Below, in pieces: positions 49,865-60,529 of a stretch of DNA of 64,000 nt. This stretch comes from an uncultured bacterium (lineage in GTDB: Bacteria; Krumholzibacteriota; Krumholzibacteriia; LZORAL124-64-63). The notes beneath the pieces were generated by a model. The model was not told the origin of the DNA and did no database searches. It saw only the letters and a list, made by a program, of their open reading frames with translations. Position 1 is the first letter of the stretch, and the number at the start of each line of letters is the position of its first letter. The translations under genes and the position numbers were made by a program. The stretch covers positions 451,831 through 515,830 of the forward strand of contig CAVSGO010000003.1 in assembly GCA_963727525.1 (NCBI GenBank), in the 5' to 3' direction.

Positions 49865-49949
49865 CCGCATTCGTCACCTCGCCCCCGCACCCCGCTCTTG
49901 CATCGCGTGGCGCCATATATCTGATGTCCATTCTTGAGGAGGTTTCGCG

Positions 49950-51137
49950 ATGATATCGCGTCCAAACATGTCGGCTCGTGTCCTCTCGGTTCTCCTGCTG
50001 GCGGTAGCCATCCTGATCGGTTGCAGCGACGAAACGCCTGTGACGGCGCCGGGTGCCGGGACGGCGGTCAACGACGACCTTGCCGCGCCATCCGAACTCG
50101 ACGGCTTGCTCGCGCGGGTCGATTGGTTGCATTTATTGAGCACGCGGGCCGATGGCGGCGTCGCCGAGCTCGTGGCGCAGCGACGCTCCGAGGCGGACGA
50201 AAAGAACGGCGCGTCCATCGTGACCGTGCCGGGAGGCTCGACCGATGCGCTCGCCGCCGCGCTGGCAGCCGCCGGCACTGGCGGTGTCGTGATCCTGCAA
50301 GCCGGTCTGCACATGGAGTCGTCCTCGGTGGTCGTGTCCCACCGCGTCACCATCCTGGGGCAACCCGGGTCGGTGCTCGCCGTGGCCACGGCACCGTTCC
50401 CCGACGTCCCCTACAGCGATCCGGCGATCTACGTGCACGGTGCGTCCAGCGTATTGCTCTGGAATCTCGACATCCAGCCCGCCGGCAGTACGGGTGGCAC
50501 GGCGATCGTCGTCGAGGATTCGCCCCGCACGTCGATCTGGAGCACACGCGTGAGCGGGCACCAGGAGGCGCTGCTCGTCTACAACTCCGATCGCCCCAGC
50601 GTGCTCGGCAACACCTTCACCGTCGTTCCCGAACTCGCGGGCAATGCCGTCGACTTCGTCAGCGGCGTGCATGCGTCATTCGTCGGTAATGACGTGTCCG
50701 GCGGATTCTTCGGCGTGTGGGCGTGCGATCGCCACGGCTTGGCGGCCTTGAACCACGTGCACGACTGCGTGATCGGCATCATCCTCTGCAAGGTGCCAGC
50801 CGACGGCTATCTGCTGCCCAGCGGAGTCGTCGCCGGCTCGGCCTATCCGGCGACCGCGTGGTACTGTCAGGCCAACAACTGCGATCACGACGACTGGGGT
50901 TATCTCATCATCGACGGTGCCAACAACTGCAAGCTGGTCGCCAACGCCGCTGCGGACAACAGCACCTACGACATGGAATTCTGTGGCGACACCTATCGCT
51001 TCGGATTCCTGACTCCCCTCAGCCACGACAACCGCTGCCTGATCACCGATCCGGCCATCGTGGTCAAGGACTGCGGCGAGAACAACCACATCTTCGGCGG
51101 AACGCCGGTGGATACCGACGCCGATCCCTGCGACTGA
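49950..51137 (+). CDS. Lipoprotein with right-handed parallel beta-helix (NosD/pectin lyase-like) repeats
   Basis: Lipobox LIGC; GAGGAGG RBS; repeated ..GN.. / GI.I beta-helix rungs; Cys-rich C-terminal half. Confidence 0.7.
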   Translation: MISRPNMSARVLSVLLLAVAILIGCSDETPVTAPGAGTAVNDDLAAPSELDGLLARVDWLHLLSTRADGGVAELVAQRRSEADEKNGASIVTVPGGSTDALAAALAAAGTGGVVILQAGLHMESSSVVVSHRVTILGQPGSVLAVATAPFPDVPYSDPAIYVHGASSVLLWNLDIQPAGSTGGTAIVVEDSPRTSIWSTRVSGHQEALLVYNSDRPSVLGNTFTVVPELAGNAVDFVSGVHASFVGNDVSGGFFGVWACDRHGLAALNHVHDCVIGIILCKVPADGYLLPSGVVAGSAYPATAWYCQANNCDHDDWGYLIIDGANNCKLVANAAADNSTYDMEFCGDTYRFGFLTPLSHDNRCLITDPAIVVKDCGENNHIFGGTPVDTDADPCD

Positions 51138-51157
51138 TCACACCGAATACACTGACG

Positions 51158-51186
51158 ACGGCGGGACCTCGCGGTCCCGCCGTTTT
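51158..51186 (+). terminator. Rho-independent terminator
   Basis: ACGGCGGGACC-tcgc-GGTCCCGCCGT followed by TTT. Confidence 0.7.
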
Positions 51187-51348
51187 CGAGCGTGTCCCGT
51201 CCCGCCTCCAGGCGCGATCGTGGGCGATGGCCCTCGCGAAACGGCTCCTTCACGGCACGGCCCGCGGTTGTCGCTGGCCACGGCTTTGTCGCTGCGGTAT
51301 ACCTGCCGGTGGAATCGCCCGTCATCCCCACTGCGGAAAGCCTCCCGA

Positions 51349-52023
51349 GTGATCCCCTGGCGACAGCTCGACCGTGCCGACATTCCGGGTGAGGATCACC
51401 CGCTCCTCCTGATGCAGCACGGGACCGAGTTCGCCATCCGCCTCGGCACGTCCACGCTCATGGGCAGCCTCGACCACGGGTCCGAGGAGCTGCTGGCCGA
51501 GCAGGCCTGCGCAAGAATTGCGAACCGCGCAGACCCGCGGGTCCTGGTCGGCGGACTCGGCATGGGCTTCACGCTCGCTGCGGCGCTGCGGACCCTCGGC
51601 CCGGAGGCGCGGGTCGAGGTGGCGGAGCTCATCCCGGCGGTCGTCGCCTGGAATCGCGGTGCGCTTGCGCACCTAGCCGGCGAGCCTCTCGCGGATCGCC
51701 GGGTCGTCTTGCACGAGGAGGACGTCGCCGAGACGATCCGCACCGGACACGAGATCTGGGACGCCATCCTGCTCGACGTCGACAACGGCCCGGATGGACT
51801 TACCCGCACGGACAACGACCGTCTCTACGCGGCGGCAGGCTTGCAGAGCGCGCGCGAGGCGTTGCGACCGGGGGGCGTGTTCGGTGTATGGTCGGTTGCG
51901 CCGGATCCGGAGTTCACGCGGCGGTTGCGCGGCGCTGGTTTCCTGGTGGACGAGGTCACCGTGCGCGCCCGCCGCGCCCGGGGCGGGCATCACATGCTCT
52001 GGCTCGCGACGCGGCCGCAATAG
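51349..52023 (+). CDS. Spermidine synthase-like SAM-dependent methyltransferase-fold protein
   Basis: VLVGGLGMGFT, ILLDVDNGP, LRPGG...WS. Confidence 0.88.
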   Translation: MIPWRQLDRADIPGEDHPLLLMQHGTEFAIRLGTSTLMGSLDHGSEELLAEQACARIANRADPRVLVGGLGMGFTLAAALRTLGPEARVEVAELIPAVVAWNRGALAHLAGEPLADRRVVLHEEDVAETIRTGHEIWDAILLDVDNGPDGLTRTDNDRLYAAAGLQSAREALRPGGVFGVWSVAPDPEFTRRLRGAGFLVDEVTVRARRARGGHHMLWLATRPQ

Positions 52024-52251
52024 GTGAGGTTCAGCCGTCCCGCTGCCTGGCGGCCTCGGTCTTTCGCGCCGCCCTCGCCGCTGCCGAGTCGGCGACGGGG
52101 CGCGACAACGAGGTCGGATCATCCTATCTTCCGGGCCGGAGGACTGGACGATGCTCGGCTCGCGGCCGGGTGTCCAGGAGTGACGACCAGGCCGGTGCCC
52201 GCGCGGATCGGAGGCGACGAGTTGGACTCGAGGCCGATCGAGAACCTGAAG

Positions 52252-53604
52252 ATGATGTCGGCGCATCCGGCGCTGCCCGCGGACGCCCGGACGGTTCACA
52301 TCGAGACCTACGGCTGCCAGATGAACGTGTACGACAGCGCGGCCATCACGGCCCTGCTCGCCCGCGGGGGATTCGCCGTGAGCGACGATCCACTCACCGC
52401 GGACATCGTCCTCATCAATACCTGTTCGGTGCGCGACCACGCGGAGCACAAGGTGTTGAGCCGCGTCGGCGAGCTGCGCCGCGACCGCGCCGAGGCCGGC
52501 CATCCGCCGGCCGTCGTCGGCATCATCGGCTGCATGGCCGAGCGCCTGGGCGCGGCGCTCACCGGCGCGCGACAGCGGATCGACGTCGTGGTCGGCGTCG
52601 ACAGCTACGAGTCGTTGTCCCGGGTCCTCGCCGCCACGTTCGCCGGGCCGGTCGCCGCGAAATCGGCCGTCGTCACCGGTCACCGGGACGACGTGCACTA
52701 CGTGGCGCCACCGCAGCTCGCGCCGCAGAACGGCAGCCACCTGGTGACCATCCACAAGGGCTGCGACTACCGGTGCACGTACTGCATCGTGCCATCCACG
52801 CGCGGCCCGCAACGCGAGAAGGCGCCCGCGGCCATCCTCGACGAGGTGCGCGCCATCGTCGGCGCCGGCGGCGCCGAGGTCACGCTGCTCGGGCAGAACG
52901 TGACCGCGTATTGGTGGCAGAGCGAACTCGACTTCGCCGGCCTGCTCCAGGAGGTCGCGCGCATCGACGGCCTCGAGCGCATCCTTTTCCTCACCGGCCA
53001 CCCCCGCGACATGCGCGAGCGACTCATGGACGTGATCGGCGCCGAGCCAAAGGTGTGCCCCGGTCTGCACGTCCCGGTGCAGTGCGGCAGCGACCGCGTG
53101 CTCAAGCGCATGAAGCGCCTGTACACGCGTGCCGACTACCTGCGCATGGTCGCCTGCGCGCGACGCGTGATTCCCGACGTGACCATCAGCGGCGACATCA
53201 TCGTCGGTTTCCCTGGCGAGACCGAGGAGGATTTCGCGCAAACCCTCTCGCTCGTTCGCGAGGTCGGCTACGACACACTCTTCTGCTACACGTACAGCGA
53301 GCGCCCCGGTGCCCCGGCCGTCCACCTGGGCGACGACGTTCCGGCCGACACGAAGAAGCGGCGGCTGGCCGAGGTGATGGCACTGCAGGACGAGGTCTGG
53401 CGGGAGATCGCTGCCGCGCAGGCCGGCCAGACCTGGAGCGCCGTGGCGGAGGAGCCGGCACGCCGCACCGAGGGGTCGTGGCGCTTACGCACGGCAAACA
53501 ACCGCAAGATCCTCGTGCCACTCTCAGGGGCGGTCCCCGGTCGAACGTACCACGTACGGGTGGACGGCTTCCGGAACACGTCCTTCCTCGGCACTCCGGT
53601 CTGA
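52252..53604 (+). CDS. miaB: tRNA-2-methylthio-N6-dimethylallyladenosine synthase (radical SAM methylthiotransferase)
   Basis: ETYGCQMN, NTCSVR, GCMAER, GCDYRCTYCIVP, LLGQNV, IVGFPGET, C-terminal TRAM. Confidence 0.92.
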   Translation: MMSAHPALPADARTVHIETYGCQMNVYDSAAITALLARGGFAVSDDPLTADIVLINTCSVRDHAEHKVLSRVGELRRDRAEAGHPPAVVGIIGCMAERLGAALTGARQRIDVVVGVDSYESLSRVLAATFAGPVAAKSAVVTGHRDDVHYVAPPQLAPQNGSHLVTIHKGCDYRCTYCIVPSTRGPQREKAPAAILDEVRAIVGAGGAEVTLLGQNVTAYWWQSELDFAGLLQEVARIDGLERILFLTGHPRDMRERLMDVIGAEPKVCPGLHVPVQCGSDRVLKRMKRLYTRADYLRMVACARRVIPDVTISGDIIVGFPGETEEDFAQTLSLVREVGYDTLFCYTYSERPGAPAVHLGDDVPADTKKRRLAEVMALQDEVWREIAAAQAGQTWSAVAEEPARRTEGSWRLRTANNRKILVPLSGAVPGRTYHVRVDGFRNTSFLGTPV

Positions 53605-54202
53605 TCGACCGGCAGATCGGGCGCGGCCAGTTCCGCAACCGCAACCTGCGCTGCCTCGTGAAGCGGCCACCTGAACGCCGCCGCGGCCGTTGTTCTGGCC
53701 GCGATGAACCCGCTACACGGCCGTCGATCCAGCCAACCCCCTCGGATTCAAGAATTGGATTGTCCCGCAGATCGCGAACGTGCGGACTCATCGCCGCATC
53801 TCCGACGACCTGGGACATCGAACCCAGGAACCGGTCGTCAGACACTCGAGTACGCCACCTGGGAGGATCGCGACTATCAGGGGGAGGACATGCCATATAT
53901 CGACAGCGTCGCCGTGAAAGCGGCCGTGTCGGGCATGATGGGCGGGCTGGGTGCGATCCACGTGTGGTCGCCGCCGGGGAACGACTCCTGGTGATAGCGC
54001 GAGGAGATGCCGGCGCGCAATGCCTGGAGGAACACCAGCACCGCGAAGACAGCCCATTCGCCGGACACGTCCATGCCGCCTCGCCTCGCTTCGTGGTCTT
54101 GTCGCGCAGCCAGGCGGCCTGTATCATGGGTGGCGCACGATCCGAGACACGCGAGCGAATTCCGCGCGGCGCTGTTTCGACACCCCGATTGGAAGTGGCA
54201 CC

Positions 54203-55858
54203 ATGCGCAAGAACATGGCAGTCGTCGTGTGTCTGGTCGCGCTTGGCCTCGGAACGCGCCTGATCTATCTCACCTATAATCTGCCGGTCTGCGCCAACGT
54301 CGACGAGAGGACGGCTCTGGGTATCTTGCTCCATCTGAGCCCCTTGGACCTCAACCCCCATTTCTTCAACTACCCGACACTGTATTTCTACATCACCTGG
54401 TTGATTTCGCGGCCGTTCGTGGCACTGGCCGATATCATCGTCGTCGGCCGCGTCCTCAATATCTGCACCGCACTGCTGCTCGGGCTGAGTACATTCGTCC
54501 TGGCGCGCAGGCTGACGTCTTCGCTGCTCACGGCCACGGTAGCCGGCGCTTTCACGCTTGGCAGCCCGATCATCATCGCCAACGGCAGCTACATGTCCAC
54601 GGACCTACTGATGACCCTTCTCATGGTCGGCTCCCTGCTGGTCGCGACCCGGGAACGTCCGCTCGCAGGCCTCTCCGTATATACGGCCACCATGATCATG
54701 CTCGGCCTCGCCATCGGCACCAAGTACACCGCCGCCTTGCTGCTCGGGGCCGTCTGGCTCGTCGATATCTCGGCGATACCGGCGGCGAAGGAGCGTCGAC
54801 TGCCGCGTTGGCTCCCCGGTAGTGCCCTGCTTCTGGCCGGATGCCTCGGCATCGGAATAGCCGTCGTCTGGCCGCAGCAATTGCTCATGCAGGTGCTCAC
54901 GTCGAAGGCCCGCTCGTTCTCTGTCCTGGACGCAAGCGACATGGCTTTCGTGGCAAGCCTGCGTCCGCGTGCGGGCTTGCTGGGCGGTTTACTCGTCGGC
55001 GTGGCGGCGCTGACCTGGTTGCCGCCGATCAATCGCCGCATCACACGGCTGCGCCCATGGATCGGCCTGGCCATCGTTGCCGGTGTCTTCGTGTTGACCA
55101 CGCCGTTCAGCCTCATCGATGCCAGGCGGTTCTTCTACGATGTCGGCATCGAACTGAAGGCAAACGCCATGCGCCGCGGGACGGCGAATTGGCTTCCCAT
55201 GGTGCACTGGTATTCCGACACCGAGAGCCTGATCATGGTGCCCTTCATCTTGTTGGGCGTGACGCCGATCTGGCGTCGTGGTCGCGTCGGACGCATCATC
55301 ATCGTCTATCTCGGACTCAGTGTCCTGACCATAGGATTTGCACACCGCGGCTATTCGCGATACCTCACGGCCGTCTTGCCGTTTCTCTTCTGCCTGGCGG
55401 GGGCGGGGTTGACCTGGCTCACGGATGCGCTCCGCTACCGTCATCGCCAGCTAGCCTTGATCGTCGGCGCTGCCGTGCTCGTGGCCGCGAGTTTCGAGGT
55501 ATTTCGTAATCAGAGAGCGACAGCAGCAGTTGTCATGCGTGTCGACGAGATGCACGCCAGCTACGACATGCTGACTCGCGCCGACGCTCAGCACGTCGTG
55601 TGTGCCGGCTATGGCCCGACAACGGAGTTGCGACGTGCCGGAGTGACGGTGACCGCCGTATCGCGCGTCGCCGCTGCGAACCCCGGAGCGGCCCCGTTCG
55701 TGGCAATGCGGCCTGGGGATTTCCTGATACTCGATGGCCCCGCGAACAACCAGCTCTCACCCGAGTTGCAACGCCGACTCGAGCTGGAGCTGAGCGTACC
55801 CGAGGGATACAAGCAGTATGTCTACCTGGTCACGGCGGAGGCAGTGACCACGCACTGA
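54203..55858 (+). CDS. GT-C fold membrane glycosyltransferase (ArnT/PMT-like)
   Basis: NVDE, LNPHFFNYPTLY, GTKY, RYL..LP motifs; many TM helices. Confidence 0.78.
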   Translation: MRKNMAVVVCLVALGLGTRLIYLTYNLPVCANVDERTALGILLHLSPLDLNPHFFNYPTLYFYITWLISRPFVALADIIVVGRVLNICTALLLGLSTFVLARRLTSSLLTATVAGAFTLGSPIIIANGSYMSTDLLMTLLMVGSLLVATRERPLAGLSVYTATMIMLGLAIGTKYTAALLLGAVWLVDISAIPAAKERRLPRWLPGSALLLAGCLGIGIAVVWPQQLLMQVLTSKARSFSVLDASDMAFVASLRPRAGLLGGLLVGVAALTWLPPINRRITRLRPWIGLAIVAGVFVLTTPFSLIDARRFFYDVGIELKANAMRRGTANWLPMVHWYSDTESLIMVPFILLGVTPIWRRGRVGRIIIVYLGLSVLTIGFAHRGYSRYLTAVLPFLFCLAGAGLTWLTDALRYRHRQLALIVGAAVLVAASFEVFRNQRATAAVVMRVDEMHASYDMLTRADAQHVVCAGYGPTTELRRAGVTVTAVSRVAAANPGAAPFVAMRPGDFLILDGPANNQLSPELQRRLELELSVPEGYKQYVYLVTAEAVTTH

Positions 55859-56233
55859 CACCGCCCACGATCCCCGTGATTGCGGCCAGCGCAGTCGCGG
55901 CGGGATCACGTCTCGGATTCCGTGACCCGACTGATGCGCGCCGCGCGGGAGCGCAACGGAGAACCCTGGACGCGGCAGCGTGGCGGAGCGTGGCCAGTCG
56001 GCCGGCCGGTGGGAGAAGTCCGCGCGGCGGACGCGAAACCACCCGATCTGGGTCGTTGAACGCCGACGCGAACCGGCGCAACGGGGGAGATGGGGCCGGA
56101 ACACGTGGTCTGATATTCCTCCTGGACTGCGGCACTGGGGATCACGGAGCGTATCCGTCGAATATTGAATATCATGACCGGGATCCCGCACCGGACTCCG
56201 AGATTCCCCGACGACCCGGAGTTGACGATGACG

Positions 56234-58478
56234 ATGGTTCCCGGTACCCGCCTCGGTCCCTACGAAATCCAGGGTCTGCTCGGCGCAGGCGGCATGGGTG
56301 AGGTGTTCCGCGCCCGCGACACCCGTCTCGGCCGCGAAGTGGCTCTGAAGCTCCTGCCCGACGACTTCGCCGCCGACCCTGAACGCGTCGCCCGCTTCGA
56401 ACGCGAAGCGAAGGTGCTCGCCTCGCTCAACCACCAGAATATCGCCGCCCTCTACGGGATCGAGAACCCGACGGTCGCTACGTCCTGGTGATGGAGCTGG
56501 CCGCGGGCGAAGGGCTCGATGCGATGATCGGCTGCGGCGCCGTCCCGGTCAGCGAGGCGATCGAGATCGCGGGCGGGATCGCCGCCGGCCTGGCGGCCGC
56601 GCACGCGCCTACCTCGGCGACGAAGGAGCCGAGAGCGATCCCGGCAACTCGCCGACGCTCACCGCGGCAATGACCCGTGAGGGCGTCGTGCTGGGCACCG
56701 CCGCCCACATGTCGCCCGAGCAGGCGCGCGGCAAGAAGGTCGACCGGCGCGCCGACATGTGGGCGTTCGGAGTCGTGCTGTGGGAGATGCTGACCGGACG
56801 CCGACTGTTCGACGGCGAGACGGCGTCGGACGTGATGGCCGGCGTGCTGCGCGCCGACATCGACCTCGAGGCACTACCCGTGGACACGCCGGCGGCGATC
56901 CGCCGTCTGCTGCGGCGCTGCCTTGAGCGCGACCCGCGGCGGCGGATGCGCGACGCCGGCGACGCTACCCTCGAGCTGTCCGACGCAATGCGCGAGGATC
57001 CCGAGCGGGACGGCGACGCAATTCCCGGCGAGCCGCAAGGTCGCACCGGGCGGCTCCGTCGCGCCCTCCTGCTGCCCGCGCTCGCGCTGGCGGTCGTGGC
57101 GACGGCGGTCGCGGTCTGGGCGCTGGTCCGGCCCGAAATCGCGCCCGCCCCGGCGCGCACACATGTTTCGTTCGAACGCAGGACGTTCGACGAGGAAGTG
57201 ATCTTCAACGCCCGCTTCCTGCCCGGCGGTCAGGGAATCGTCTACAGCGCCGCCCGGAGCGGAAACGTTCCGGAGCTGTTCCTGCTGCCGAACGGCGCCA
57301 TGTCTCCGAAGCTGCTCGCCGGCGAGGGCACCCACCTCTTGTCGGTCTCGTCCGACGGGGAACTCGCCGTGCTGACGGGTGCGACCTACACCAACCATCG
57401 CGTTCTGATCGGGACGCTGGCCCGGATGTCCGTCGACGGCTCGCCGCGGCCCCTGGTCGAGCGTATCAGCGACGCGGACTGGGGTCCCGACGAATCGCTG
57501 GCGATCGTACGCGCGGAGAAGGGCGGCAACCGGCTCGAGTACCCCATCGGGACCGTGCTCTACGAGACGACGGGCTACGTCAGCGAGCCCCGGGTGTCGG
57601 CGGACGGCGCGCGCGTCGCCTTCATCGATCATCAGTGGATCGGGGACGACCGCGGCCGGCTGAAGATCGTCGACCGGTCCGGGAAGGTGACGATCCTCAG
57701 CCGCGAATACTGTACGGTCGAGGGGCTGGCGTGGTCGGCCGACGGCGCGACCCTGATCTTCTCGGGCGCCCTGGACGATCCCCGGCTCCAGCCCCGGGCT
57801 GTGACCCCGGAGGGTGAGGAGGCGGAACCGGTGCTCGAGGTGCCGGGGGATTTCTTCGTCGTCGACATCGATCGCGACGGGAACTGGCTGGCGCTCGAGG
57901 AGGAGAACCGCTACGGGGTCGTCGCCCATCCGCCGGGCGGCCCCGACGTCGACCTCGCCTGGCTGGATTTGAGCTGGGGATCGAAACTCGCCCCGGATGG
58001 ACGGACGCTCCTGTTCACGAACGGCCGCGGCGGCGCCAACTACGACGTGGTCACGAGGCGGTTGGACGGCTCGCCGATCGCCACGCTCGGCGAGGGCAAC
58101 GCGATGGGCTTCTCGCCGGACGGTCGCTGGGTCGCGGTCCAGATCGCCGAGCCGCCGGCGATCGCTCTGTACCCCACCGGCGCTGGATCCCCGCGGCGAC
58201 TCGCGCGGGACTCCATCGATCAGTACCAAAATGTCCAGTGGTTCCCGGACGGCGCGGCCGTCTTCGTCTATCGGAGTGGGCAGGTGCCAATCGATGTCAA
58301 GCGGGTCGACCTCGCGACCGGCCGTCGGACGTCCGTGCTGACCATCGCGCCGCAGCAGCGGGCGGGCCTGGTCCGCATCTGGTTCGAACCCCGGGTGTTC
58401 GACCCCGACGGCGGCTATGCCTACAACTACCGGCGCTTGTTCACGAAGATGTTCGTCGTGAAGGGCGGCGGCGCGTGA
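56234..58478 (+). pseudogene. Degraded Hanks-type Ser/Thr kinase fused to TM and TolB-like beta-propeller
   Basis: GAGGMGEV, VALK, RFEREA in one frame; VMEL...GLAAAH in a second; MT..G..LGT..MSPEQ, D.WAFG in a third; HRDLKP and DFG segments absent. Confidence 0.85.
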
Positions 58479-58835
58479 CGTCGCGCCGTCGAGGGTCGGC
58501 GCTCGGGCCAGCACCCGGCGGTCACGCAGACCGGCCGGCCCCGCGGGCACGGTGCTGCTAGCCCTCGACCGGCACGCGCGGCACCGACCTGTGATTGCGA
58601 GCAACCGTTATCGTTGGCATCGAGGTCGCCACGCCCGCAGTATTTGGGCTATTGCGTACACAAGATCAACGTAAATATTTATCCCCTATCAATAGCGAAA
58701 TGGGTATAGTCGGCCGCAGTCGAGGTGCTCCTCCAAAGTTACCGCATCCTCGCTGGACGCAACGGAGACCGCAGCGACACTTCGCTGCGCCGACGCACGT
58801 CCCTCGGCACGATTCAACTTCAGGAGTCTATCGCC

Positions 58836-59945
58836 ATGAGATCACATGCGAGATTGTCCCTTTCGATCGTCATCATCGCGGTGCTCGGCGCGGCGGCCGC
58901 CGTCGCTCAACCGGATCTCAGTCAGAGCACGGCAACCAGCCAGACCCAGTGCATCTTCATCTGTCCGGAAGGCGACGGCCAAGGTCTAGCGACCATACTC
59001 GTCACCTTGCACGACAGCATCGGCAATCCGGTCGTTGGTTACCCTGCCGCGCAGATCTGGGCGGACGCTGCGGTGCCAGGCGACCTCACGTACTGCGAAA
59101 CTCCGTTTCTCGCAGATGGCCCGACCGACAACCTGGGACAGACGACCATCAGCGGCACGGTGGCCGGCAGCGGGTACACGAACCAGATGTTCGTCTACGT
59201 GGGCAACAGTCCGCTGGTCACCAGTCCGCTGGACATCACGGTCACCAGCCCGGACATCAACGGCGACAAGGTCATCGATCTCTGTGACGGCAACCTTCTC
59301 GGCATCGATTTCCTCGGCGGCTATAATTATCGATCAGACTTCGCGTGCGATGGCGTCTTGAATCTGTCGGATATCCTCGTCTTCACGAACCACTTCTGCC
59401 ATGCCTGCGCGACACACAGCTATGGCACGATTGCCACGAGCGGTGAGATCGGGATCTTCTTCGACACGGCGGGGACGCAATCGGGAGTCCTGGGCGTACC
59501 AGTCAATACATTTTTCAACTTCTACGTGGTGGCGCTCAGTGCGCCCGATGGTATCGCCGGATACGCATTCAAGGTCAATGTCGACCCGCGGATCTTACTG
59601 GTCAGCCATACCCTGGCCGGTGGCATCGGCCTGGGCATCGGTGGCGGTATCGAGGACGTCGTCGAAGGGATGGGCGGCAACTGTCTGCCGGCCCTCGGCC
59701 CAAACGTGCTGGCCGACTTCCAGGCGCTTCTACTCTCGACCGATCTGCGTATCCCGATCTGCCTCGAGGCCTCGCCGAGTACGTGCTTGCCCAATGCCAC
59801 CGCTCCTGCCTACGTAATTTGCGATCGATGCGAGTGGCGGTACTTCGACCAGGCGTACGACGGATGTGCCATCGTCAACGGCGACGGACCGGTCTCGGTT
59901 CAAGCCGAGACCTGGGGAACGATCAAGAGTTTGTTCAACAACTAG
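58836..59945 (+). CDS. Secreted protein with invasin-like Ig, dockerin/EF-hand-like and cohesin-like segments and a TWGxIKxLF C-terminal motif
   Basis: Signal peptide; VTLHD..GNPV.G; SPDINGD..ID..D...D...DG.LNLSD; ends SVQAETWGTIKSLFNN; CAGGAG RBS. Confidence 0.7.
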   Translation: MRSHARLSLSIVIIAVLGAAAAVAQPDLSQSTATSQTQCIFICPEGDGQGLATILVTLHDSIGNPVVGYPAAQIWADAAVPGDLTYCETPFLADGPTDNLGQTTISGTVAGSGYTNQMFVYVGNSPLVTSPLDITVTSPDINGDKVIDLCDGNLLGIDFLGGYNYRSDFACDGVLNLSDILVFTNHFCHACATHSYGTIATSGEIGIFFDTAGTQSGVLGVPVNTFFNFYVVALSAPDGIAGYAFKVNVDPRILLVSHTLAGGIGLGIGGGIEDVVEGMGGNCLPALGPNVLADFQALLLSTDLRIPICLEASPSTCLPNATAPAYVICDRCEWRYFDQAYDGCAIVNGDGPVSVQAETWGTIKSLFNN

Positions 59946-59962
59946 CTCGAGCCCAGACGTTT

Positions 59963-59997
59963 GGTGACGGGTCCAGGGCGTTCCTGGACCCGTTACC
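59963..59997. repeat. Palindrome copy 2 / possible terminator
   Basis: GGTGACGGGTCCAGG-gcgtt-CCTGGACCCGTTACC, 15-bp stem with one G:T pair; shares both arms with 24538-24566. Confidence 0.75.
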
Positions 59998-60292
59998 TAA
60001 TTGCCGACGGCTGCAAAGCCAGCATCATCGCCCGTCATCGGTGGTGGCAGTGCCAACGGGGTTGTCACGAGGGACAGGAAGCCTACGAGACTATCCGGTA
60101 CGCGCCCCGCGGCGCCTCAGCAACCATGTGCTCTAGCAGATCCTCCTGATCCCATTGCCAGTGGGCCGGCCAGCCATCGGGCCGCTGCTCCAGGCCCAGC
60201 CCTGTCTACCGGCAATGGCGCAGGCGACTGTGGACGCGACCGGCCAACCAGTCCTTCCGAAGATCCCGCGGACCACCGCGCAGGGGCCAGCT

Positions 60293-60495
60293 ATGCACCG
60301 GTCCCACACCACTGTGCCCCTTCTCGCGCTCCTCGCTGCCGACGCGCTGCCGGTACGGGCCGGTATGTTCGGCGGCATTCCGGATCGAAACTTCGCCAGC
60401 CACACCGCGCGCAGAGGGCCACCATGTGGTGCTGGGCCTCCTGCGTCGAGATGACGCTGTCCTTCGCCGGGCAGGTCACGATCGATCGACCGTGA
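60293..60495 (+). pseudogene. Fragment of a secreted papain-like cysteine protease gene
   Basis: Signal-like start, then in another frame QRATMWCWASCVEM (Q..WCWA catalytic Cys context); stops early. Confidence 0.4.
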
Positions 60496-60529
60496 GGCCG
60501 ATCCGATCGGACCGGCCCCAGGAGTCCCG

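Noticed and set aside
55859-56233. Possible structured ncRNA in GC-rich intergenic region
   Set aside because: Only short GC stems expected by chance; no recognisable RNA family motif
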